DNA of 64,000 bases from Planctomycetota bacterium (GTDB lineage Bacteria > Planctomycetota > UBA11346): NCBI GenBank assembly GCA_007693455.1, contig REDP01000167.1:16799-80798 (forward strand), read 5' to 3'. The position numbers were made by a program, and so were the translations under genes. The notes below the pieces were generated by a model. It worked only from the letters and a program-made list of their open reading frames with translations, had not been told where the DNA came from and did not search any database. Below are positions 8,719-17,819 of the stretch, in pieces (within the stretch, counting starts at the first letter, position 1; each line of letters begins with the position of its first letter).

Positions 8719-10277
8719 TGTTGCATGCGCTCCTTATTGCGCCGTTTGCTGCGGCGCTAATTACCGCCTTTATCAGTAGTAACGATGCCGATTCGAGCGC
8801 CCAACGCTGGGGAATTTTTGCTTCGCTGGTAATTGCGGCTTTGGCTGTGCTCACCTTGGGAAGTGGCTCAGAGGTCGTCAGTAGCTCGGTGATTCCCTGG
8901 TTTACTTTATGGGGCGGGGAGGGAGTGGTAACCTGGTCATTGCAGGCTGATGCTATTTCCACCTGGCTGGTATATCTTGCTGTATTTGTGTTGCCAGTAG
9001 TGCTGCTTGCAGGTACAGCCTGGGCGAGTGAGCATTTCCGCGATGTAGTTATTGGCTTGTTTGTTATGCAGGGGGCTATCTTGGGCTGCTTTTTGGCGGC
9101 CGATTTGGTGGTCTTTTATATTTTCTTCGAAGCGATGTTGCTTCCCGTCTTGATCTTGGTGGCTCGCTATGGCGACTCCGATCGTCGTGGTGCGGCACTG
9201 CAGTTTTTTCTGACTACGATGCTCGCTTCGGTGGGTATGTTGGTGGCGATTTGGTATATGGGCCTCACTTTTGGTACGACTCGTATACCCGAACTTGTGG
9301 CGGCATTCCGTGATCATCCCGATGCCGCTTCATTACAGCAGGCTGCGGCATGGTGCGCGGCGGCCTTCTTAATCGCCTTTGCCGTGAAGTTGCCCATGGT
9401 TCCATTTCACTCCTGGCAGGCCCGCATTTACGCATCAGCCCCTGCTATGCTCAGTGCAATGCTTGCTGGGGTGATGGCAAAGGTGGGGTTATATGGCTTT
9501 ATTCGCCTGGTGTGGCCCATTTTCCCCGAACAAGTGGCCATGTGGACCCCGATGTTATTGAGCTTTGCGGTGGTGGGGGTGCTGTGGGGCGCCTTGCTGG
9601 CCTTGGTGCAAACGGATCTCAAACGCCTTCTGGCCTATGCGAGTCTCGGGCATCTCTCGTTAATTTTGGTGGGCCTTCTCATGCGCGAAGAGGCGGCATT
9701 TGCTGGGGTTGTGGTGCAAATGGTGGCCCATGGCTTATCGGTGACGGCATTATTCCTGGTGGTTGGTGCATTGGAGTTCCGCCGTGGCAGTCGTTCCCTG
9801 GAAGATTTTGGCGCCGTTGCCCAGCGTGCGCCGGTATTGGCAGTTTTACTGATCGGATCGATGCTGACTGCTGTGGCCATGCCTGGTACGGCGAGTTTCG
9901 CGGGTGAATTTTTGATACTGCTGGGGGTGGCCCTTTCTCAACATGGTTCATTGCTTCTGGTTGGGATAGTCGGCCTATCGTTAATTCTTACAGCTGCCTA
10001 TTTATTGCGGATGGTGAAGGCCGTGGCCTATGGACCACACGGCCCAGCCCTGGGCGAGGCCAAAGCCAGCGAAACGGTGGCCATTGGGGCCTTGCTGCTT
10101 GCCTCGGTAGTCTTGGGTCTAGTGCCACGAGTCATTACCGAAACAACCGCTGCTCGTTCAGCGGGCATTATAGACCCTCGGCCCGAGTCGGCGGCATATC
10201 AGCGGGATGCTGAACCAGCTCCCAGCCAGCGGGATATTTCCCTTGTCCGCGGCCCTATCCGAGATGGAGACCAGTAA
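8718..10277 (+). CDS. nuoM: NADH-quinone oxidoreductase subunit M (antiporter-like)
   Basis: NuoM/Mrp-type core (FHSWQARIYASAPAMLSAMLAGVMAKVGLYG). TGATG stop/start overlap with nuoL after GGGAGGG. The listed start 8691 lies inside nuoL. Confidence 0.93.
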   Translation: MLHALLIAPFAAALITAFISSNDADSSAQRWGIFASLVIAALAVLTLGSGSEVVSSSVIPWFTLWGGEGVVTWSLQADAISTWLVYLAVFVLPVVLLAGTAWASEHFRDVVIGLFVMQGAILGCFLAADLVVFYIFFEAMLLPVLILVARYGDSDRRGAALQFFLTTMLASVGMLVAIWYMGLTFGTTRIPELVAAFRDHPDAASLQQAAAWCAAAFLIAFAVKLPMVPFHSWQARIYASAPAMLSAMLAGVMAKVGLYGFIRLVWPIFPEQVAMWTPMLLSFAVVGVLWGALLALVQTDLKRLLAYASLGHLSLILVGLLMREEAAFAGVVVQMVAHGLSVTALFLVVGALEFRRGSRSLEDFGAVAQRAPVLAVLLIGSMLTAVAMPGTASFAGEFLILLGVALSQHGSLLLVGIVGLSLILTAAYLLRMVKAVAYGPHGPALGEAKASETVAIGALLLASVVLGLVPRVITETTAARSAGIIDPRPESAAYQRDAEPAPSQRDISLVRGPIRDGDQ

Positions 10278-10278
10278 T

Positions 10279-11769
10279 ATGGGTGTCGAGTTGTTTACGG
10301 TGCTTTCGCCAGTGATGCTGGTGGCGGCAGGTGCACTAATCTGCATTGCTGCTGAGGCATTTTTACGGGTATCCGCCAAGCACACCCTATTACCATGGAT
10401 CGCGGCTATTACCCTTCTCGCCGCCGCCGCAGCATTGATTCCTGGCTTAACCACCCAGGTCCAATCGGTAGCGGGTATTTTGGTAATTGAGAGCACGCGG
10501 GCTTGGTTGCAATTGGCGGTATTGCTGTCGGCATTGTGCGGATTAGCAGCTTTGCAGCACGGCCTGCGGCGCAGTGAGGCCCCTAGTGGTGAAGGCTATG
10601 CGCTGATGCTTCTGTGTACCATTGGCGTCATGATTATGGTCCAGTCCTCGGGTTATTTAGCCCTGTATATTGGTCTGGAATTGGCAAGCCTTGCTACCTA
10701 TGCCCTCATTGGCATTCATCGCCATCGTCTCGAATCCGGTGAAGCACTGTTTAAGTATCTGATTATGGGGGCAGTTTTTTCGGCAATCCTTGCCTATGGA
10801 ATGGCCCTTACCTACGGTGCTACTGGCAGTATCGCATATGGATATGCACCTCTAGAGGGCCGCGAACATCTCTTCTTGCTGGGTCAGACCTTAGTAATTC
10901 TGGGCCTACTCTTTAAGGTTGGCGCAGTGCCGGTACACACCTGGGCCCCGGATGCCTATACTGGTTCAAGTATTGGCGTGGCTGGATTTATGGCAGCGAC
11001 GATGAAGGTTGGTGCCTTTGTCGCTCTTGCAGCGGTTTGGCTGAATGCTTTAGCAGTGCTTGGTGAAGGGGCTTATCGTGGCCCATTATCACTGGGACTT
11101 ACCATTCCCATGGGCCCTGAATTGCGCGAAGCTATTGGCTTCCTGCCGCTTATCTTGCTCACCGTGGCATTGTTGAGCCTGCTGCTTGGTAACTTTGCTG
11201 CCCTGGGACAGCGCTGTCTGCGTCGTTTAATGGCGTATAGTGGCATTGCCCATGCTGGGTATTTGATTTTGGGGCTGGCCCTTCCCACCGCAGTCATGGG
11301 GGTGTATGAGTTATGGGCAGTGTGGTATTATGTAATCGCCTACGGCATTGCGGCATCTGGCTTGATGTTGGCGGCCGCAGTTATGGCCGCAGAGGGGGAC
11401 GGGGATGATCTTCATCAATTGGCTGGCGGTGCGCGTCGTCATCCGTTTGCTGGCATTGTTGCCACCCTTATGCTTGCGAGCTTGGCGGGTTTGCCACCCA
11501 CGGCAGGTTTTCTAGGAAAATTCTTTATTCTCTCTGATCTTGTTGCCAAGGGTGAGATTATCCTCGCGGTGATAGCGATGCTGCTAGCCGTTGTCGGCGC
11601 AGTATATTATCTGCGTCTTATTGTGGTGCTCTGGTCGGCGAGTGATGCATCGGCCCATCCGCGTCCCGCGGCCAGAATATGCCCCCTGGGAGTGCTCGCC
11701 TTAACCATTGTCACCGTCGCCTTAGTTCTCTTTATGATCTTCCCATCTGTTATTGGTGCGGCGGCATAG
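10279..11769 (+). CDS. nuoN: NADH-quinone oxidoreductase subunit N (antiporter-like)
   Basis: Motif VPVHTWAPDAYTGSSIGVAGFMAATMKVGAF. ATG 10279 lies directly after the nuoM stop with GGAGA upstream. ATG 10264 is an alternative start. Confidence 0.92.
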   Translation: MGVELFTVLSPVMLVAAGALICIAAEAFLRVSAKHTLLPWIAAITLLAAAAALIPGLTTQVQSVAGILVIESTRAWLQLAVLLSALCGLAALQHGLRRSEAPSGEGYALMLLCTIGVMIMVQSSGYLALYIGLELASLATYALIGIHRHRLESGEALFKYLIMGAVFSAILAYGMALTYGATGSIAYGYAPLEGREHLFLLGQTLVILGLLFKVGAVPVHTWAPDAYTGSSIGVAGFMAATMKVGAFVALAAVWLNALAVLGEGAYRGPLSLGLTIPMGPELREAIGFLPLILLTVALLSLLLGNFAALGQRCLRRLMAYSGIAHAGYLILGLALPTAVMGVYELWAVWYYVIAYGIAASGLMLAAAVMAAEGDGDDLHQLAGGARRHPFAGIVATLMLASLAGLPPTAGFLGKFFILSDLVAKGEIILAVIAMLLAVVGAVYYLRLIVVLWSASDASAHPRPAARICPLGVLALTIVTVALVLFMIFPSVIGAAA

Positions 11770-11778
11770 GGTATTCTT

Positions 11779-12183
11779 ATGGCGCGTACATTCCGCTTGG
11801 ATCTTCGCGTACGGTACGCTGAAACTGATGGCATGGGCGTTGTGCATCATGCATCATACGTGCCATGGCTGGAAGAAGCCCGTATTGATGCCTTGGCGCA
11901 ATTGGGCTATCGCTATGCCGAACTGGAGCGTAATGGTATATTAATGCCAGTGGTGGCCCTGGATGTGCGCTATCGTCGCAGTATGCGCTTTGACGATGTG
12001 GTGCGTTTGTTGACCCAGTGTACCGTTAAGGGACCCAGCAGACTATCGTTTACCAGCGAATTGTATTGCGGAGAAGACCTCTGTGCCAATGGCCATGTGG
12101 TGGTGGCGGCTGTCGATCCTCGGGGCAGGCCGCAGCGCATTCCAGCCGATATTATTGCGGCAATAAGCGTTGCCGCTGCGTAG
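11779..12183 (+). CDS. Acyl-CoA thioesterase, 4HBT/YbgC-like hotdog fold
   Basis: N-terminal signature RVRYAETDGMGVVHHASYVPWLEEAR typical of the 4-hydroxybenzoyl-CoA thioesterase family. 134 aa. Confidence 0.85.
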   Translation: MARTFRLDLRVRYAETDGMGVVHHASYVPWLEEARIDALAQLGYRYAELERNGILMPVVALDVRYRRSMRFDDVVRLLTQCTVKGPSRLSFTSELYCGEDLCANGHVVVAAVDPRGRPQRIPADIIAAISVAAA

Positions 12184-12215
12184 GGAGTGCTCTTGGAGCC
12201 TGGTGAGTGACCATG

Positions 12216-12350
12216 CTGGGCGGTGCAAAGATCGCCCCCGCCGGTCCCCAGATAGGCCCACAAAAAACGCTTTGAATGGGTTTCATTGCGCTAAAGGCTT
12301 GCCTCGCGAAGCGGGCATTCCTCCGCCATGGCGAGCTTTAAGTCGCTCTG
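12216..12350 (+). mobile_element. MITE-like element, copy A (divergent subfamily)
   Basis: Aligns along its length to the other copies (CTGGGCGGTGCAAAG ... CGCGAAGCGGGCATTCC ... GCGAGCTTTAAGTCGCTCTG). Flanked by AGTGACCATG / GTTGACCATG (8/10). Intergenic between the thioesterase and dnaG. Confidence 0.7.
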
Positions 12351-12451
12351 GTTGACCATGTCGGACAGAGATTGCAGTGGCGCAGAAGCCTGTATACATG
12401 CAGAAGTATACTGTTCCACCGCAGCGAACGCCGTAGACTGAAGAGGGAACA

Positions 12452-14287
12452 ATGGCCGACATTATTGGAGAGGATCAGGTTCGCCGCATCAAGGAGGCGG
12501 TAGATTTAGTCGAGGTGATGGGTGACTACGCCCCACCGCAGCGGGCTGGACGATTATTTAAACTCTGTTGTCCTTTTCATCAGGAGCGCACACCCAGCTG
12601 TTACATTTATCCCGACCAGCAGACCTACCACTGTTTTGGTTGTGGCGCGCATGGTGATGTGATCACCCTGGTGCGTGAGCAGGAAGGTTTGAGTTTTACG
12701 GACGCGGTGGAATTCCTCGCTCGCCGTGCCGGCATTCAGGTCACCTATGAGCAGCGACGCCAGCGTTCAGCCCAGGCTCGTTCCCAGCGCGAAGGATTAC
12801 TTGCCCTGATGACCTGGAGCCATCAGTGGCTCCAGCGGCAGCTTTGGCACGGGGAGGCGGCGCAGGAGGCCCGAGACTACCTAGGGGCTCGCGGCATTGA
12901 CCGAGCAATCGGCGAGCGTTTTGGTCTTGGTTGGGCTCCAGGCCGCGGTTTGTTGTGTCAGGCGGCGCGTCAGGAGGGCTTTTCCCCTGAGCAGTTGATC
13001 AGCTGTAATCTTGCAGTGGATCGTGAAGGGCGTCTCCAGGATCGCTTTTATGGGCGCGTCATGTTTCCCATAGCAGATCGTTTTGGGCAAACCCTGGCTT
13101 ATAGCGGTCGCATACTACCCGAAGCTGAACGCCGCGCCAAGGAAGCCGGACGTGGGGTAGGGAAATATATTAATAGTTCTGATACTCCCCTGTACCATAA
13201 AAGTGAGGTGGTGTGGAATCTGCACCAAGCACGATCCGCGGCTCGTAAGGTCGGGCGCATTGTGGTTATGGAGGGGCCTACCGATGTCATTGCTGCCGCG
13301 GCAGCAGGCATTGACTACTGTGTGGCGGTATTGGGTACGGCCCTCACTCCCCAGCATGCGAAACAGTTAGCCAATGTGCTTGGTGGCGATGGTCATGTCA
13401 CCATGCTTTTCGATGGTGATAGAGCGGGTCAGGATAATGCCCTGAAGGCTGTGGCGACCTGTCTTCAGCAAGGGGTTCCTTGTCGCGTGGCGCAAATGCA
13501 AGCCGGTCTGGACCCAGCCGAACTCCTCGCTAGCGAAGGTTCTGCCGCTTTGCAGGCAATCCTCAGCAACGATCGCAGTGACATTGATCACCTCCTGCGC
13601 GGCCATGCGCCAATTCCCCATGGCATGGATCCACGAGCGCGGCTAGAGGCTCTCGATCGCTGTCTTGAGGTACTGCGGCCCATTGCTGATGAAGATCTCC
13701 GACGCGAATATGTGGAAGTGGTTTCCGAATGGTTTACCATGGACCCGCAGCGCTTGCAGCGCCGCTTGCGCGACGGTTCCTTAGCTGCATCTGCAGAGGA
13801 TTCCCAAACAGAGCGCTCAGCAAAAGGCCGGGCTGATGGTCCTGCATTGCGGCAGGAGGACGAAGTGCTGCATTTACTGGTGCGCTATCCTGATCTTCGC
13901 CCATTAGCTTTCGATGATCTCGGGTTGGAGCCTAGTACCGTATCAGAGCCATGGCGGATAGTGGTGGATATTCTTTTGGAGACGCCGTCAATGCGTCCTG
14001 ATGATCTCCTTAATTGTACTGCCATACGGGATCATCAGCAGCTCAATCAAGCCGTACATCGGTGGCTGCGCGATGACCACGGCCGCGGTGGTGTGGCCCT
14101 CGATGAGCCGCAGCAGCGCTTACGCGAGAATGTATCAGCGCTCCTGGAACGTCTGGATGAGGAACGAATCAGTCTCTTGCAGGCCTCCATGCAGCAGGCT
14201 TCACGGGATGGTGACCAGCAAACAGCCATGGCGCTCTTTGCCGAAATTCGTGCCCTACGGGCGGCCCGCAAGCATAGCGACCCATGA
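12452..14287 (+). CDS. dnaG: DNA primase
   Basis: CHC2 zinc finger CPFHQERTPSCYIYPDQQTYHCFGCGAHGD. TOPRIM motifs VVMEGPTDVIAA and DGDRAGQ. Confidence 0.96.
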   Translation: MADIIGEDQVRRIKEAVDLVEVMGDYAPPQRAGRLFKLCCPFHQERTPSCYIYPDQQTYHCFGCGAHGDVITLVREQEGLSFTDAVEFLARRAGIQVTYEQRRQRSAQARSQREGLLALMTWSHQWLQRQLWHGEAAQEARDYLGARGIDRAIGERFGLGWAPGRGLLCQAARQEGFSPEQLISCNLAVDREGRLQDRFYGRVMFPIADRFGQTLAYSGRILPEAERRAKEAGRGVGKYINSSDTPLYHKSEVVWNLHQARSAARKVGRIVVMEGPTDVIAAAAAGIDYCVAVLGTALTPQHAKQLANVLGGDGHVTMLFDGDRAGQDNALKAVATCLQQGVPCRVAQMQAGLDPAELLASEGSAALQAILSNDRSDIDHLLRGHAPIPHGMDPRARLEALDRCLEVLRPIADEDLRREYVEVVSEWFTMDPQRLQRRLRDGSLAASAEDSQTERSAKGRADGPALRQEDEVLHLLVRYPDLRPLAFDDLGLEPSTVSEPWRIVVDILLETPSMRPDDLLNCTAIRDHQQLNQAVHRWLRDDHGRGGVALDEPQQRLRENVSALLERLDEERISLLQASMQQASRDGDQQTAMALFAEIRALRAARKHSDP

Positions 14288-14460
14288 ACGTCACGGGATA
14301 AAGCAGATGTATGGTTGGTAAACCGTCCCGAGCGGAGCAAAGCTGGTCGCGCGTACCCGAAATGGGGTGATGGTAAAGTGAGGAATATGCCCAGTTAGGT
14401 GCGCGTGTTCCATTTGGCGGCGGATTTGCCGCCGTTCCCCTAGGAAGTCCTTTTGCCTAC

Positions 14461-14487
14461 TTGCGCCAGCAGTCCCAGCCATATAAT
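14461..14487 (+). promoter_or_regulatory. Candidate sigma-70-type promoter upstream of rpoD (TTGCGC-N15-TATAAT)
   Basis: TTGCGC at 14461-14466 and TATAAT at 14482-14487. The 15-nt spacer is suboptimal. About 70 nt upstream of the rpoD ATG. Confidence 0.3.
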
Positions 14488-14500
14488 TATAGGCGTACTG

Positions 14501-14533
14501 AGAACCGTTGGGTGCGGCGCGCCCAGCGGTTCT
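14501..14533 (+). promoter_or_regulatory. Stable stem-loop in the rpoD leader
   Basis: AGAACCGTTGGG (14501-14512) pairs with CCCAGCGGTTCT (14522-14533): 12 bp including one G-U. 9-nt loop, followed by TTCGTCT and then the AAGGAG SD. Confidence 0.4.
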
Positions 14534-14557
14534 TTCGTCTCAAGGAGTCCTCCAAAC

Positions 14558-16243
14558 ATGGCCAAATCAGTAGCTGCCCCCGAAGCCCCTAGCAAAGGGG
14601 ACGGTGAAACCTTTACCCTATCCGAAGTTGTAAACTTGCTGGTCAAGGCTTCCAAAGGCAAAGGTATGGTGACCTATGATCACCTCAATGCTATTCTTCC
14701 CGATGCTGCATCGGACCCCGAGCAGTTGGATCAGATCCTCGAGCAGCTGGAAGCTCGCAGTATTGAGCTCGTTGAGGAAGTGTCCCAAGACACCATTGAC
14801 GAGACAGTAAGTGACGACGAGGAGGAAGGCCCTTCCATCTATGAGGATGTCAACCCGCTGGCCGCAGAAGCTGAATACGCAGAGAAGATTGACGACCCCG
14901 TTCGCATGTACTTGTCGCAAATGGGTGAGATACCACTGCTTACCCGCGACCAAGAAATTGAACTCGCCCGGCGTATCGAAATATACCGTGACGGCTTCCG
15001 TCGTAAGGTCATGGCAATGCCCGAAGCTATTCGCCGAGGTATAGCGTGGGTTGAAGAGCAAAAAGAGATCAAAGAACTTCAAGAAAAGAATGCCAAAAGC
15101 CATGGTTCATCACCCTCGCGTGATGACTACCTTGATCGTGCTGAATCACACCTGCGCAGCTTGTATGCCTTGGTTGAACATGTTACCGACCTGACCGCCA
15201 AGCTGATCGAAGGATCGGCCACCCTGCGTGACCGACAACTCTACCGCAATCGGCTCAATCGTGGATATCGCCTTCTCGAAGAAATGGAGCTGGATGCCAA
15301 AACGGTGATCGAAGTCAAAGACGATATGCTCGATATTCGCCGTCGGATTTTACGTACACGACGTGAAATTTCTCAGGCCTCGCGGCGTAGTGGTGGAGAT
15401 GCGGCCAATAAGCAAGAGCAGCTGGATCAGCTCGCTCATCATATTGGCGAATCCTTAGATCAATTTGTCGACCGCTATAGCGCTGTTTCACGTCGCTTTT
15501 ACCTCTACGAGGACGCCAAACAGCGTCTCTCCATGGGCAACCTTCGCTTAGTCGTATCTATTGCCAAAAAATATCGCAATCGCGGTCTTTCTTTCCTGGA
15601 TCTGATTCAGGAAGGCAATGCTGGCTTGATGAAGGCGGTAGAGAAGTACGAGTACAAGCGCGGCTATAAGTTCTCCACCTATGCTACCTGGTGGATTCGC
15701 CAAGGTATAACCCGGGCCATAGCCGATCAGGCGCGAACCATCCGCATACCCGTGCACATGATCGAGACCATGGGTAAGCTGCGTAAGATACAAAAAGACA
15801 TCTTGCAGGATACTGGTCGTGAAGCCACCATTGAAGAAGTGGCGCAGCGAGCAAATATCTCGGTCACCGAATGCAAACGTATTATTAAAGTGTCCAAGCA
15901 TCCCATCTCCTTGGATCGCCCCATTGGAGATTCTGATGACTGCTATTTTGGCGACTTCCTTGAAGATAAATCGGTAGAAAACCCTGCCAATATTTCTAGT
16001 AATGAGATGCTTAAGGAAAAGATTACCGAAGTTCTGGATAGTCTTACTGACCGTGAGCGCGAAATTATTTGCCTCCGCTATGGCATTGGTGATGGCTACA
16101 CCTACACCTTAGAAGAGGTTGGTCGGCGCTTTAATGTTACTCGTGAACGGGTGCGTCAAATTGAAGCGAAGGCCATTAAAAAGCTTCAGCACCCCATTCG
16201 CTCGCGTAAGCTTGAGGGTTTTATCGATACTAAGACTTATTAA
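14558..16243 (+). CDS. rpoD: Primary RNA polymerase sigma factor
   Basis: Region 2 YKFSTYATWWIRQGITRAIADQARTIRIPVHM; region 4.2 TLEEVGRRFNVTRERVRQIEAKAIKKL. ATG 14558 is preceded by AAGGAG. The listed start 14453 adds an implausible Cys/Pro-rich extension. Confidence 0.95.
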   Translation: MAKSVAAPEAPSKGDGETFTLSEVVNLLVKASKGKGMVTYDHLNAILPDAASDPEQLDQILEQLEARSIELVEEVSQDTIDETVSDDEEEGPSIYEDVNPLAAEAEYAEKIDDPVRMYLSQMGEIPLLTRDQEIELARRIEIYRDGFRRKVMAMPEAIRRGIAWVEEQKEIKELQEKNAKSHGSSPSRDDYLDRAESHLRSLYALVEHVTDLTAKLIEGSATLRDRQLYRNRLNRGYRLLEEMELDAKTVIEVKDDMLDIRRRILRTRREISQASRRSGGDAANKQEQLDQLAHHIGESLDQFVDRYSAVSRRFYLYEDAKQRLSMGNLRLVVSIAKKYRNRGLSFLDLIQEGNAGLMKAVEKYEYKRGYKFSTYATWWIRQGITRAIADQARTIRIPVHMIETMGKLRKIQKDILQDTGREATIEEVAQRANISVTECKRIIKVSKHPISLDRPIGDSDDCYFGDFLEDKSVENPANISSNEMLKEKITEVLDSLTDREREIICLRYGIGDGYTYTLEEVGRRFNVTRERVRQIEAKAIKKLQHPIRSRKLEGFIDTKTY

Positions 16244-16270
16244 TTGCATAAGGTTGCGAATACGGTCATT

Positions 16271-16308
16271 GTCACCACGATGGATTTTTCCATCGTGGTG
16301 ACGTTTTA
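16271..16308 (+). terminator. Rho-independent terminator after rpoD
   Basis: Perfect 13-bp stem GTCACCACGATGG / CCATCGTGGTGAC with a 6-nt loop, followed by GTTTTA. Confidence 0.8.
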
Positions 16309-16326
16309 TAGGGCAAGGAGTCATTT

Positions 16327-17409
16327 ATGGTGCAAAAAAACGATGGCATGAACTACGCTCCCAAAAGTGCGTGTGCGCAAAAGGTTGTGCAGCCTGGGGA
16401 GTTTTGCTTTGCAGCATTAGCGTTGGATCACGGGCATATCTATGGGCAATGCAACGGTCTCACCGAGGCAGGCGGTGAGCTTGTGGCGGTGTATGATCCT
16501 GATCCAGAGAAAGTAGCGGCCTTCGTAAAGCAATTTCCGCAGGCGCGAGTGGCGTCAAGTGAATCCGAAATCCTCGAAGATGAACGCATTCACATGGTGG
16601 CAGCAGCCGCTATCCCTAATCAGCGCGGCCCTTTGGGCTGCAAGGTTTTACGTCACGGCAAGCACTACTTCACTGACAAGTGTCCATTTACCACCCTTGA
16701 TCAGCTCGAAGAGGCCCGTGCCGTGGTCGCCGAAACAGGCAAAAAATATGCGGTGTATTTTAGTGAACGCCTGCATGTGGAATCTGCCATGCATGCTGGC
16801 GATCTTATTGCTCAAGATGTGATTGGCCGCCCTATTCAAGTGATAGGACTCGGGCCGCATCGTCTGAACGCTCCTTCGCGTCCAGAGTGGTTTTTTAAGC
16901 ACGAGCAGTACGGCGGCATCCTCTGTGATATTGGTAGTCATCAGATAGAGCAATTTCTTTTTTATACGGGCAATACTCAAGCCAGCGTGCAATCAGCCAA
17001 GGTGGGAAACTTTAACAATCCCGAGTACCCAGAACTTGAGGACTTTGGCGATGTCTGCGTCATTGGTGGCAATGGCGCTACTGGATATCATCGCGTCGAC
17101 TGGTTTACCCCCGATGGTTTGCGTACCTGGGGGGACGGACGGACGATAATTATGGGCACCAGGGGCTATATTGAACTGCGTAAGTACCTTGATGTCGGCG
17201 TCAGTTCGCAAGGTGACTGGGTGATAGTAGTGAATGAACATGGTGAACAGCGCTATAATGTAGCTGGTAAGGTGGGGTATCCATTTTTTGGCCAATTGAT
17301 TCGCGACTGTCTGGATGGAACTGAACTGGCTATGACCCAGGACCATGCCTTTAAGGCCGCTGAATTATGTCTCATTGCCCAACGAGATGCTGTATATCTC
17401 CATCGTTGA
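16327..17409 (+). CDS. Gfo/Idh/MocA-family oxidoreductase
   Basis: About 360 aa, with an N-terminal dinucleotide-binding-like segment and a C-terminal alpha/beta domain typical of the family by eye. AAGGAG lies 6 nt upstream of the ATG. Confidence 0.7.
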   Translation: MVQKNDGMNYAPKSACAQKVVQPGEFCFAALALDHGHIYGQCNGLTEAGGELVAVYDPDPEKVAAFVKQFPQARVASSESEILEDERIHMVAAAAIPNQRGPLGCKVLRHGKHYFTDKCPFTTLDQLEEARAVVAETGKKYAVYFSERLHVESAMHAGDLIAQDVIGRPIQVIGLGPHRLNAPSRPEWFFKHEQYGGILCDIGSHQIEQFLFYTGNTQASVQSAKVGNFNNPEYPELEDFGDVCVIGGNGATGYHRVDWFTPDGLRTWGDGRTIIMGTRGYIELRKYLDVGVSSQGDWVIVVNEHGEQRYNVAGKVGYPFFGQLIRDCLDGTELAMTQDHAFKAAELCLIAQRDAVYLHR

Positions 17410-17532
17410 TACGCTTTCTCACACAGAGGGTGTGTATTCTCGTGATTGTAGCTTGGGAATCCTCCGGTCCCCAGTGTAGTAATGACAGGTGTGGATATTT
17501 CCATCCAAAGTATGGTGGCCTACTTCATAGTT

Positions 17533-17674
17533 CAGGGCGGCTCAAAGCTTGTCCCCGGGATCGCCGATCTCCTGATCGGCCTGCGAAAACGCCCTGAATA
17601 GGGCGCTTTTTGCGCCAAAAGCATACACCGCGAAGCGGGAATTCCTTACCCAAGGTGAGCATTGAGCCGCCCTG
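17533..17674 (+). mobile_element. MITE-like element, copy B
   Basis: CAGGGCGGCTCAAAGCT ... AGCATTGAGCCGCCCTG termini. 10-bp flanks CTTCATAGTT / CTTCATGGTT (9/10). Internal hairpins are conserved. Confidence 0.9.
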
Positions 17675-17695
17675 CTTCATGGTTGAGACTAACAC

Positions 17696-17724
17696 TTGTT
17701 TTAGGCCATCTTAGATGATATAAT
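17696..17724 (+). promoter_or_regulatory. Candidate sigma-70-type promoter for the RIC-like gene (TTGTTT-N17-TATAAT)
   Basis: TTGTTT at 17696-17701, 17-nt spacer, TATAAT at 17719-17724, in a locally AT-rich stretch about 95 nt upstream of the GTG start. Confidence 0.35.
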
Positions 17725-17819
17725 ATTTCATCAAAAAGATGTTGGTCGTAAACCCTGGTGTATCCCATTTTCGGCTCAGACGCTAGATGTTTCCCATAGC
17801 TGACTGAAAGGATGCGCGC

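Noticed and set aside
12170-12355. Small ORFs crossing the MITE copies (12170..12355, 17367..17597, 31064..31324, 37496..37684, 37604..37792, 40922..41188) that share peptide snippets such as PDRPAKTP
   Set aside because: The shared peptides only reflect the repeated DNA. Different copies are read in different frames or strands and are closed by stops at different places, and there are no SDs. I treat them as non-coding.
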